NCBI GenBank assembly: GCA_051294905.1
Contig: CM119371.1
Span: 5,334,001 to 5,398,000, forward strand
DNA from: Botryllus schlosseri
Taxonomy: Eukaryota
Length of the DNA stretch: 64,000 nt
Reading direction: 5' to 3'
Shown one piece after another: positions 50,240-61,930 of this stretch (positions are counted from its first letter, which is position 1; each line of letters starts with the position of its first letter). Both the position numbers and the translations under genes were made by a program. The notes under the pieces were generated by a model. The model searched no databases. It worked only from the letters and a program-made list of their open reading frames with translations, and was not told the origin of the DNA.

Positions 50240-51343
50240 TTACTTTTTGTTACCAGCATGCATATCCATATGACTCTTGAGGTGGCCCTTCTGAGTAAAT
50301 GTTTTCCCACATATATCACATTCATGCCTTTTGGTTCCAGCATGCATATCCATATGACACTTGAGGTGTTCCTTCTGAGTGAATGCTTTCCCACATATAT
50401 CACATTCATGATTTTTCACGCCCGCATGGATATCCATATGATTATTGAGGGTACCCTTGCACACAAATGAGTTCCCACATATATCACATTTGTGATTTTT
50501 GGTACCGACATGCATATCCATATGAAGCGAGAGCTGGCGAATCTGAGTGAATGCTTTTCCGCATATATCACATTTGTGATTTTTCACGCCAGCATGGATA
50601 TCAATATGTTTGTTGAGGCTACTCTTCTTCACAAATGAATTCCCACATATATCACACTTATGATTTTTTATACCGATATGCACTTTTATATGGTGTGTGA
50701 GGTCTCCCTTCCAAGTGAATGCTTTCCCACAAACATCACATTTGTGATTTTTGTTACCGGCATGCATATCCATATGATGCGAGAGGTGGCCATTCTGAGT
50801 GAATGCTCTTCCACATATATCACATTTGTGATTTTTCACGCCAGCATGGATATCCATATGTTTGTCGAGGCTACTCTTGTGCACAAATGAATTCCCGCAT
50901 ATATCACATTCATGATTTTTGTTACCGACATGCACTTTTATATGGTTCGTGAGGTCTGCCTTCCGAGTGAATGCTTTCCCACAAACATCACATTTGTGAT
51001 TTTTGTTACCGGCGTGCATATCCATATGAAGCGAGAGGTAGCTCTTCCGAATAAATGCTTTCCCACATATATCACATGTATGATTTTTGACGCCAACATG
51101 GATATCCATATGACGTTCGAGGTTTCGCTTGGCAGAGAATGCTTTTCCACATATATCACATTGGTGCTTCTGGGCGCCAATATGTATATCCATATGAGAC
51201 TTGTACTGACTCTTCCAATTGAATGATTTACCACATATATCACAGTTGCGATTTCCGATGCCAGCATTTTCACAAGCATTGAGCTTGCATTTCACTTTTG
51301 GAGAAACTGGTTTCTTGGCTATATCGCACAGATGACCTTTCAT
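50240..51343 (-). CDS. Tandem C2H2 zinc-finger protein (ZNF-C), 367 aa, 12 intact fingers, AGVKNH/AGNKNH linkers
   Basis: Intact ORF. Paralogous to ZNF-B including the 5' flank and acceptor tgtttag. A degenerate extra finger follows the TAA TAA stop. Confidence 0.92.
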   Translation of the reverse strand: MKGHLCDIAKKPVSPKVKCKLNACENAGIGNRNCDICGKSFNWKSQYKSHMDIHIGAQKHQCDICGKAFSAKRNLERHMDIHVGVKNHTCDICGKAFIRKSYLSLHMDMHAGNKNHKCDVCGKAFTRKADLTNHIKVHVGNKNHECDICGNSFVHKSSLDKHMDIHAGVKNHKCDICGRAFTQNGHLSHHMDMHAGNKNHKCDVCGKAFTWKGDLTHHIKVHIGIKNHKCDICGNSFVKKSSLNKHIDIHAGVKNHKCDICGKAFTQIRQLSLHMDMHVGTKNHKCDICGNSFVCKGTLNNHMDIHAGVKNHECDICGKAFTQKEHLKCHMDMHAGTKRHECDICGKTFTQKGHLKSHMDMHAGNKK

Positions 51344-51515
51344 CTTTATGTCGAAGTGATCACTACACGCTTACAGAATCTTCACTTTATTCCACCACCT
51401 GCCACGTATTATAGTGTTCAATTAATCTAAACAATTTGCATCATTAGAATGTAAATAGTGCATTTGCAATATTGGTATATCAGAATTGAGTGGTTAGTAA
51501 TTCATTCGTATAGAC

Positions 51516-52591
51516 CAGTGGTTCCCAACGGGGGCGATTTGGCGGTCTAGGGGGCGAAAATAACGAAGGGGGCGATAGGGGGGCGAAAACGGACGAAAGG
51601 GGTGAAAACAACGAAGGGGGCGATGGTGCGTTAAAACGGCTACATTGGAGTCGGGACCGTCACTACCGCACTCCAAACCCCCCAATTGGTGGTGAGGTGC
51701 CCGAAATCGAAGGAAGCCCAAAATTATATCGTGAATTAACATGAATGATAGAGTAATTTTTAGAAATTCATGCGACTTTTTCAAAAACATTTCGCGCTGC
51801 GTGCCATTCATTTTTATCATGTATCTTGATGGTGGGGTCCCCGTCACCCATATACGCATGTTTTATGGAAATGGGAGACTTCAGCGTCGGTCATTACTGC
51901 GCCACGACATATGAATTTAGAGGTCATGTAACTTGCGAAGTGTGCGAGAACGATCAGCATTGAGACGACCTCGGCCGAAAAAAAATGCCCTTGTGCTGAC
52001 CGAAAACTTTGATATATATACATATATGTTTAATTGTCCATAGGCGCCTCGATAGCTGGCGTCGAATGTTCCTGTCTTGGTGACCTAAACCCTACAGGAC
52101 AAATGCCACCCCACAAGGAAAAATCAGAAATATCAATATGAAATCATGTGCGTCTTTTAGTTTAATACGTTTTGACGATTTCCATATCTTCTGATATAGC
52201 AGATATAGGGGATCACGAAGTCAATATAATAACGATACCGCACGAGGATGTTTAATTATTACTTAGGGGTCCTACCTTTTCCAACATTCCATATCGACCA
52301 TTTGACCTATTCAAACATGGATAATATGAATTTGTCGCGCCTAGCGCGTTCAGGCGAATTGCGGTGACTCACCAAACACTACATGAAATAGGGTTAGCTG
52401 ATGTGTAGCGACAAAAACCCCACTGACTAAAGGGGGTCCAGGGTTTGGTTTATCACCCTATGGGACCAAGGAAAAACGTTTTTTTCGAAGGGGCCGACGA
52501 AGTGCTGTTTTTCGGTCCCAATATTTGGGGGCGATGATCGGTGTGAAGCTTCAGAAGGGGGCGATGAGTCGAAAAAAGTTGGGAACCACTG
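51516..52591. mobile_element. hAT MITE, same family as 34477-35715
   Basis: TIR cagtggttcccaac / gttgggaaccactg, perfect TSD gtatagac. Confidence 0.92.
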
Positions 52592-54008
52592 GTATAGACT
52601 GTCAAAAGCTGCACATTGAGCTATGCGGAATGTGCAAAGAGGTTGATTCGTTTTGATGCATCCCAGCAGAGGTGTCAATATTCGACAGAATAAGCATTCT
52701 TTCGCAACATGGTATGCAAATTATAGTATTGATATGAAAATGCGATACTAACCTTTTGTTTACTGGAAGACCCCGTTTTAGAGAATATAATGGCATGGGA
52801 CCCTAATACCCCATTTTATAAGGCCCCAAATTTAGGCGAAGAGCAATACGGAGAAGTGGTATCGGATAAGGCTTCAACGTGCGTGATAACTGATCAGTAT
52901 ACGTTAATAGCAAATATTGTGGATCGTAAAATTTATCTTTAGCGCAGCTTTATTTTCGAAAAATAGAGGCATTACGACACTTGCTTATATGCTTCAACAT
53001 GTATGTTCTGCAGACAAAATAATTGAAAGTAATTCAGAACTCAAAGTATGATACTCCGAGTATCATACTCGGAATTTAAAGTGAAATACAAATACCACTT
53101 CTGGAAAGCGGAAAATATATTTTATGTCTTTCGACCATAAAGCTTCAAAGGTGATCTGCTTAAGCAGCTGTAACGTTCCTAAAAGCCGAATTTTCCAGAT
53201 TAGGAGGACAAGTCATGGGCTGCTAGATAACGATAGGATAGGTAATTGCTAGATTGCGAAACGGTAGTTTCAAACGTTTTGGTGGGCCATATTTACTGTG
53301 ATGAAATATTTGATATGGGCGACAACTCAGTGCGAGCGGAACCATAAGAAATCCGGACCTAAATTATATTCACCAATACTTTCGTGAAAACATATATGTC
53401 ATTCCATAACTACTGTGCGAGAAGCGCAGCCAAATGTCTGGGCTTTAATTGACTTTTATGAATATTAAATGTTGGTACTCTGTGAAAACAGCCCCGAAAT
53501 TCCTCAGGATATCTGTCATATTGGGGTATTAAACTACTTCTACTTGACAAACTTAAAATATCGAAAAGTAAGTAAGTCTCAAAACATTACGAAGTAGAAG
53601 TCGATAAAATCAGATCTACTTGAGTAAGCATCAGAAGTAGAGGAAAACTACTTGAGTACTTTCAAAAAGTAGAAGTATTTCGTTACTAACCACCTCTGAT
53701 TATTTCATCATTAGGATTTGTAAATAACCGATATTCAATCGGGTGTATAAGACCTAAAGTTGGTTCCTTCTTGGCAATTACTACGGAATTTGGTGACATC
53801 CAGTATTTCCCTCAATATTCCTTCTTTATTGTACACGAATAAGAGATCAGCGCTGCTTTTATTCTTCAAGTTTATCACCTTCATGCAGAATTTCAGGTAA
53901 TAAACGAAGATTACATTCAACAATAGGCCTACCAAATGGGTAGTACCAATACATTTTAAATAGAGCATATGCCATGGATGTAAAGACTCGAGTCATGAGT
54001 GTGTAACT

Positions 54009-54416
54009 CAGGGGTGGGCAAACTACGGCCCGCGGACCGCATGCGGCCTGCAACACCGTTTTGTGCGGCCCGCGAAAGCCTCAAGAAACGTTGTAAGAAT
54101 ATTGATAAATTGCGTAAAAAATCAAATTACTTTATTAAACTATTCTTAATATATTTCAACATGATAATGATAAGTTTTACTTTTAATTTTATTGATTACG
54201 CCATGGCCCGACCTCGCTCCCGATATATTATGAAAGCTTTCCATTGCTGAACATCACAGAGAGTGAATCGCAAATGACTTAATTCGGACCAAATGTGTGA
54301 TTTAAGATTGGAAACACGAGAAAGTTTAATACATTTTGTCCTGTACTTGGACAAACCGATTCGCGAGTGTGTTGGATAGATTTGTTATTTTTATGAGTAG
54401 AAGTATTTATATATAT
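54009..54416. mobile_element. Truncated hAT MITE of the 40048 family
   Basis: caggggtgggcaaactacggcccgcgg... is near-identical to the 40048 start. No right end seen. Confidence 0.75.
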
Positions 54417-55301
54417 CAGAGGCGGGCAGCATACGGCCAGCGACGGGATTTTGTCCGGCCCGCGGACAGTTCCCCGTCTTACATGATAATGTGGCCCGCG
54501 GCCCCAGCCTGCCGAGATTCTCCATTACTTGCTTAAACGTCAAAATGTATTGACTGTATGTTATTATATAAGTGTGTGTGCACTGTGCAGCGTGCGAGAG
54601 TGGAGCTTACGTAGGGTTACCATGCCATACGTCCTCTTTTAGGATGATTTGTCCTCTTTTTTGACTTTTTTGGTAGTTTCCTCGGAGGACGCCAAATAGT
54701 TCTCTTTTTTGAGATTTTGTCATCTTTGTTGAGAATTTTGATTAAATATAGGGCAAAATTCGACTGAGATACAGTACATCCGCACTGAAGTAACGCTCCG
54801 GCGGCTACTTCGAGACCTGAACCGGAAAGCTGTCTTGCTGTCTTTTTTTTAGTCAACCGACCACGAAGTGGAGAAAATTTATGATTTTTCCAGGATTTGC
54901 CTCCGGTGTTGCAAGTCTGAAAATCTTGAAAAAATGTCCTCTTTCCAGATTTGCAAAATATGGTAACCCTAAGCTTACGAGTAAGTTCGTCGAAGCGAGA
55001 AGACTTGCATTATCGGCATTTACGATGTACTCAACTCTAATGAATTGATATCTTGGTAAATTTGGATTACCGGGCTTATCAAACGCCTTGAAATCTTTAT
55101 TAGGGATTGCATCGTGTGTTAATTGAGCATAGAGAAGCAGACACGGCGGCACCTGTATGACAATGCTTTTCTCAAATCCACATTGTCTTCGTCATTATCG
55201 GAAAGAAATGGCTTTGAATTGCATCGATTCAGCAATCCGGCCCTCCAAGTAGGCTACTTAATTTTCCTTTGCTCGCCGACTGGAGAAGTTGCCCGTCCCT
55301 G
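54417..55301. mobile_element. hAT MITE, inverted copy of the 58379 family
   Basis: TIR cagaggcgggca / tgcccgtccctg, TSD atatatat. Confidence 0.85.
54612..54971. mobile_element. hAT MITE nested in 54417-55301
   Basis: TIR tagggttaccat / atggtaacccta, perfect TSD agcttacg. Confidence 0.92.
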
Positions 55302-55721
55302 ATATATATAATATTAATGTGTCGTAGAAATGTATTTAAAGGTAACAGGGTTAGGATGCTGTTGCGTTCTGAAGTCAGGACCGTAACTGCCGCGCCGGTC
55401 GAATTCGAAGGGGTCCCAAAATTATTTCGTGAATGAACATTAATTTTGGAGTATTTTTTTTTTTAAATTTACTTTATTCATTTTTTTCGCGCTGCGCGCG
55501 ATTTACTGTTGCCAATAAAATTGATTATTGGATACCCTTTCCATTAAGAAACAAATACACATTATTTAGAGAAATGTGCATTTCGTCGAGGGCCATTACC
55601 GTGCCACGACGCACGAACACATATGAAGTTTTAGGGCATGTAACATGCGACTCCGACAACTGTACCAGAACGATCAGCAGCAAGAAAAGCTAGCCCAAAA
55701 AGGACTGCCACATTTATGATT

Positions 55722-56459
55722 CAGGGTTGTACTGACTCGAGTCATGAATCGACTCGAGTCCGACTCGAATCACAATTTTCAGATGACTTGCCTTGACTCG
55801 AGACATTTTCTCAAAGTACAGAAATGACTCGACTTGGACTCGAGTCATTGCGCATGACTCGAACCAAGTCATATGACTTGAGACTCAGACGGCCAAGACC
55901 GACATTTCATTGTAATTTGGAAGAATAGTCAAGCAACCACACTATTGGAATTTTATCTATTGGTACTGGTACTTGAAAATGCGATCATAAACTGCTAAAA
56001 GTGAGGAAAATTAGTATATTATAAATGCGAACGAATTTTAAATAGAGCATAGGCCTATGCCATGGTTGTAAAGACTCGAGTCCTACTCGAGCCACGATTT
56101 TCTGATGACTCGATTTGAACTCGAGTCATTGCGCATGACTCAAACCAATTCATCTGACTCGAGACTCAGGCAGCCAAAACCAACATTTCATTGTAATTTC
56201 GGAGAATAGTAATAGTAAAGTACCGTAACCACCCTATTGGGATTTCGTCTATTGGTACTGGCACTGGAAAATGAGACCAGAAACTGCTAAAAGTGATTAA
56301 AATTGGTATATTATTAATGCAAACCATTCGATATCATCAAACAGAGTTATAAAAACATTTTAACTGGAAACCGAGCAGTCAAACAGAATGACTTGGACTC
56401 GAGTCAAAACTATAAAAGTGCGATTGACTTGTGACTCTTGTGACTGGGTTACAACCCTG
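55722..56459. mobile_element. hAT-like MITE with GACTCGAG repeats and an internal tandem duplication
   Basis: cagggttgta ... tacaaccctg. ~55830-56030 is repeated at ~56105-56320. Confidence 0.7.
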
Positions 56460-57249
56460 ACATATGCCTACTCTGTTTGCAGTATCCGCATCAATTTACA
56501 TGAATAAGTGGAGTGTTAGTAATTTGCAAGTAGCAATGCCCCAAGTTGACTAGTTCTACATGATCTACTCTAGTCCATACAGAATTATGCATCACATCAT
56601 TAAAATCATAAAATACAAACTAATATCACTCCACTTGCTATTGATTAGAAATTTGAAAATATATAGACAACTTCCTAAAATGTTTCTTTGCTCTAATTCT
56701 AATCTAATTTGTGACATGTGTCTATTCTCCTATTTTTATTATAATATGATATCTGGTTTTCCTTGAATTCCTACAGAAGAATGGCATAGTGTGAAATGAT
56801 TCAAACTTGGTGCGCAGACACTTGACATTCTCATGCTGATCAGAATCAACTCTGATTAGTTTTCGTGAATTCAGTATTTCTAGTTCTAATCTAATTTGGA
56901 ATTAAAACTGTGTAGGCCTAGATATAGTTTCAATTAATGTCTAATTTGGGGAAAATGTACAACAATAATTCTAATTCCAAGCTAATATAGAAAATACGAA
57001 AATTTTCTAGTTGTCCAAGTATGCCCTAAAATTTTGACATGTTTTGGGGGAACACTGATTGGTGATAGTCATGTTGTTATCTATTGGAAAGAACTCGAAG
57101 GTATTGAATTGATATAGACATTTACCAACATACTTGAGTCAGGGATATTTTCTGTTTGGTCCTATGTCTGGTGATCAGACAAAATCAAACATTGGTAATG
57201 TGATGCAAGTTACGATACAGTGATGACATTTAAAATTAAAATAATATTA

Positions 57250-57400
57250 GGACGATTGCCGAAGTTGAAGACTTTCGCAACAAGTTTCAGAACAATTCAA
57301 CTTTCATTTAGCGTTGAAGAATCCATCTTATAAGGGTATTTACAGGCCAAAATCTATGAAGTACTGGTGTATATAGCAGATACGACACATTGATTAAGTA
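57250..57400 (-). pseudogene. Possible tyrosine-kinase exon remnant (subdomains VIb-VII)
   Basis: VSYL..TPVLHR/LAC/NTLI reconstructs HRDLACRN with two small indels, followed by LVAKVFNFG. Confidence 0.45.
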
Positions 57401-57739
57401 ACCATCATTGTTCGTAATAAATGCTTTGATGGTAAAGCTCGACTCAATTGATTCTACCTCAAGAAGATTTTGCTCCCTTGGAATCTTTAACGCTACCCCA
57501 TGAATAAGAAGTAGTGTTAAAACTAGATCGTATACACTGAACTGTAGCACAGCTAGAACATTTTAAACTTTTTTTTTAGATTAACCTAGAATTAGAATTA
57601 TAGCTAAATATTTTTTTTACAAAATAAATTGGAATTATTAAATTCGCAACAGTTGCGAAATTAAATTAAAATCAACATCATAACTTCTCGGTATTCATGC
57701 TCATGAACCGGATCTTACTAAAAACTAAAACTAGATGGG

Positions 57740-59442
57740 ACACTGTAAAACCCGCAAAACCCACAAAACCTGTAAAACTCGCAAAACCCGCAGCGTGTGT
57801 AGCAGGGTTTTGCGGATAAACGCAGGGTTTTGAGGGTGACAAAGCGGCTTTGGCGGGTGAATAGCAGGGTTTGCGGGGGAATGCCAGGGTTTTGCGGGTG
57901 ACGAAGTGGGTTTTGCGGTTAACCAGCAGGGTTTTGCTGGTGAATACCCTGCTATTCCTCCGCAAAAGCCATCGGCAAACATCTGTTAGATAATCCGATT
58001 TGTGCGAATAATTATCGAGACGACCGATTTCGAATCGTTGGGCGAGGCCGTTCACAATTCCATTTGTGTACCTTAGAGTCGACTTTTATCAAAATACACC
58101 AACCAAAAGTCTCTGTCAACAAAAGGAGTTCGTGTACCACCTACAAATAGTACATTGAACGCTCTCGCTTTCATGCTGGTGACGTCATATTTTGTTATAC
58201 GATTGTTGATATACCATGTTCTTTCCAATTCTCAACTAGTTGCTGACGACTACCCCTGACGAGTGTCAGCCGAAAATATTCGGGTTCGTTTCAATAAGAA
58301 TATACTATTCAAAAGCCGCTTTGTGACCCGAAAGACCCTGTTAGTTAACCGCAAGACCCGCTTTGTGACCCGCTAAACCAGGGGCGGGCAACTTCTCCAG
58401 TCAGCGGGCCGGATATAGGAAAATTAAGTACTTGGCGGGCCGGATTGCTGAATCGATACATTATTCACCCATTTATCAACATATGCAAATAATAAATCGT
58501 ATTTAATGGAGCCTGTATTTTAACGACAGAAATGTCACTTCGAACACAATGTGACGAACACAATGTGCATTTGAGAATAGCGTTGTCATACAGGCGCCAC
58601 CATGTCTAGTTCTCTCTGATCAATCTACACACGGTGCAATCCTTATTTAAGATTTCAAGGCGTTCGATGAGTCCAGGACCCCAAATTTACAAAGATATCA
58701 ATTCATTAGGGTTGAGTTGGTGTCGAGATAGCGTCGTTGTGCAACTGTAGCATAATTAATCTCGATATTGAATTCATGCGGCCTGCGTCCTATACAAAAT
58801 TTAAATAGTTTTGAGTTGGCAACCATTGGCATAAGAGGTGTCTTACAACAGCCCAGAAGTGTGCCGTGCTACATGTCGGCAGTCACAGAATACAAAAATA
58901 AGAAATACCAACCTGGTGTAAAAGACCATTGTAGTCGACAAAAAACATGATTACCACAAACGACATTGGGGTTGAGTATGCATCGTAAATGCCGATGATG
59001 CAAGTATTTTCGCTTCGACGAACGTACGCATAAGCTCCACTCTCGCACGCTGCTCATACATGTATATAATAACATACAGTCACTAAAATTGGACCTAATA
59101 AGCAAGTAGTGGGGAATCTCGGCTAACTGGGGCCGCGGGCCACATCATCATGTAAGACGGAAAACAATCCGCGGGCAGGACAAAATCCCTCCGGATCCGG
59201 CCCGCGGGCCGTATGTTGCCCGCCCCTGCGCTAAACCCTGCTATGCACCCGCAAAACCCGCTTTGTTACCAGCAAATCTTTGCTATTCAACTGCAAAACC
59301 CTGCTATTCACCCACAAAACCGTGCTAGTTAACCGTAAAACCCGTTTTGTGACCCGAAAAACCCTGCTATTCACCCGCAAAATTCGCTTTGCCACCCGCA
59401 AAATCCGCTTTGCCACCCGCAAATCCTTTCTATTCAGCCGCG
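57740..59442. repeat. Inverted arrays of a 21-bp unit (caaaaccc(tgctatt/gctttgt)cacccg), probable MITE subterminal repeats
   Basis: Reverse-complement array at 57800-57945 and forward arrays at 58312-58378 and 59229-59442. Confidence 0.7.
58379..59228. mobile_element. hAT MITE containing a SINE 3' fragment (58828-58962)
   Basis: TIR caggggcgggcaac / gttgcccgcccctg, perfect TSD cgctaaac. Confidence 0.92.
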
Positions 59443-59918
59443 TGATGTAGATGTATCAGACGTGCAATGAGATAGATTTTTGTAGTTTATGAGACTGGAC
59501 GAAAATCTTGGGGCCATAATGCAAGTGTGCGCAAGCGTTCACCATGTTGCATGGTATTCAAATTCATCTTCAACACAACTGACCAAATTATCCATCACTA
59601 TGATCTGTGGCTACCAAATATTTGTCTTCAATTTTCCAAGAAGAACGCCAAGGCTTTTTATTACATATTGACAAGAATTGGTTTGAGATGATATTGAAAG
59701 ACCCCAGATGACTAATGTGGTGCTTAAAGTTGGTGAGTTACGACATAGTTTCCCTAAAGCTCACCAAATTTTCCAGCACATAAAAAACTCAGCATCATAT
59801 TTAGAGCGCAGTGCACATTTTTATCCATATACATTCTGGGCAGTTAAATATACTATTACCGAAAAAGTACATTCTATCATCCAACTGCGAAATGTTCAAT
59901 AACTGCATGCATGGGCAA

Positions 59919-61412
59919 TAGGGTTGTTCAGATTTGAAAAATTGTCAGGAAACTTCGATGTTTGTGGCCAAACTGATGGTACATTAGTACATAAAAACAC
60001 TTTTATGATCAATTTTGGTCATCTTTATCATGATGTCCTATCCCCGAAAACCCCTCAAAGATCCACGGGGGAATTCTCCTTACTGCTGGATATGTAATGT
60101 TGACCACGTCACCGGTTTATAGCTTTTGTGACGTTATCAGTTGAAAACGGCCGTGTAGGGATAATATATTGCAATAAAGTAGCCATGTTTTAAAATTGTA
60201 CTTGAATGCAGTCCTATAAAGGCCACGTGCATATCGATTTTACTCTGCACAACCTGTCTATCATGCTCATGGGAATCATGTATTGTTTGCACCATTGACA
60301 TCGGCTTGTTTTCGATCGTACATTGAAGAAGCGCCGTTGGGTTGCAATTCGTGAACAAATAATGATATTCCCAGCTAGTTTTCAGCCATAAGGTATTATT
60401 CAAAGGTATGTAATATCACTAATACTTTTCTCAATTTCAAATTATCTGTAAAATACCGAGTTATATTATTTTACGGTACACTGCAATTTAGTTGCGGAAG
60501 AATGTCTGAAACAAAGCGGATATGGGTTTTGCGGACCAACCATGAACAAGATTCAGGTCTGCCCACTATCTGGTCCGATATTCTGGTCACTATTCGGTCG
60601 GATATTTTTCTGAGTGTATTAGTCACTCCAAGTTACCGACTCTAGATGAGGTTCTACTACATCCGCCATATCTGAAAGAAAATTGCCCCGAAACTACCAC
60701 AACGCAAGCCTGTGTCATTCTAACTGTTCAAGAGGTGGCCAACGTATGAAATATGACCAGAATAGGCTACCTATAAGGCAAGGGCTCAACATTGTGTTGA
60801 TGCATTGTTTCAGGCATTCTTCTTCAACTAAATTGCAGTCTGCCATAAAATAAAATAACTCGGTATTTTAGTAAAATAATTTTACAGATGGTTTGAAGTT
60901 GAGAAAAGTATTACTGACATTACATACCTTTGAATAATACCTTATGGCTGAAAACTAGCTGGGAATATCAGTATTTGTTCACGAATTGCAATCCAACAGC
61001 GCTTCTTCAATGTGCGATCCAATACAAGCCAATGCCAATGGTGCTACCAATACATGATTCCCATGAGCATGACAGACAGGTTTTGCTGAGCAAAACAGAG
61101 ATGCATGTGGCCTTTACTGGACTGCATTTGATTAAAATTATGAAGCCATATCTATTTTATTGCAATATCTCGTCTCTGCATGGCCGTTTTCGAACGATAA
61201 CGTCACAAAAGCTATAAACCGGTCACATGGTCAACACTACAGATCAAGCAGTAAGGAGAATTGCCACGTGCATCTTTGGGGGCTTTTCGGGGATAGAAGA
61301 TTACGACGAAGATGACCAAAATTGCTCATAGAAGTGATTTTATGTACTAAACCATCATTTGGATCACAAGAATCGAAGTTTCCTGACAATTTTTCAAATC
61401 TGAACAACCCTA
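59919..61412. mobile_element. Foldback-like hAT derivative with ~600-bp inverted arms (22476 family)
   Basis: Same TIR as 22476, TSD atgggcaa/atgagcaa. Mirror ORFs 60137-60403(-) and 60930-61217(+) are nearly identical. Confidence 0.9.
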
Positions 61413-61424
61413 ATGAGCAATGGG

Positions 61425-61830
61425 CATGGTTACTGTGAGGTTTGGCGCCATCCGAAGGTTTAGGAACGATATCCATATATTCTGAATCGAGTATCAGGCT
61501 GTGGAGGATATCATTGCACTGTTTAACAAAGCTGTATTCGACTGGGATCACTAGATTTATTACACTATTCAGATCCCAGTAGTCCACCATCAATGAGCTA
61601 ATTCCAAACAGGATCACAGAAGTTAGGCCATTTTAAAAATTGACAATTTTTCGCTCATTTCGGGTCTGAACAGTACTTTGTTTTATCAATACAATATTCA
61701 AGGTGTAGCTGATGTTGGAAGACAGTTGATATTTGTCACTTGGATTTCTTGGTAGCTTGTCTGATAGTCTATATGTCAAAGTGACATTTAAGACCTTACG
61801 GCGTAGGGTACAGTTGCTCGGCAACTTAAG
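61425..61830 (-). pseudogene. Possible tyrosine-kinase C-terminal exon remnants (subdomains X-XI)
   Basis: ATVPYA... then ISSLMVDYWDLN...SFVKQCNDILHSLILDSEYMDI, resembling LM..CW...SF...EYLD of receptor tyrosine kinases. Confidence 0.3.
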
Positions 61831-61930
61831 GGTTTAAGTTAACAAACAAACAACCAATAATTAGCATGGAGAACTCATTACCTGTATAATTAAATCACGT
61901 ACTACACATCAAGCATGCTATAGTGAATAT

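Noticed and set aside
50234..50242. Stop-codon reassignment or readthrough at TAA TAA in ZNF-C
   Set aside because: The downstream finger has its own lesions (G>W, final H>Q), consistent with decay after truncation.
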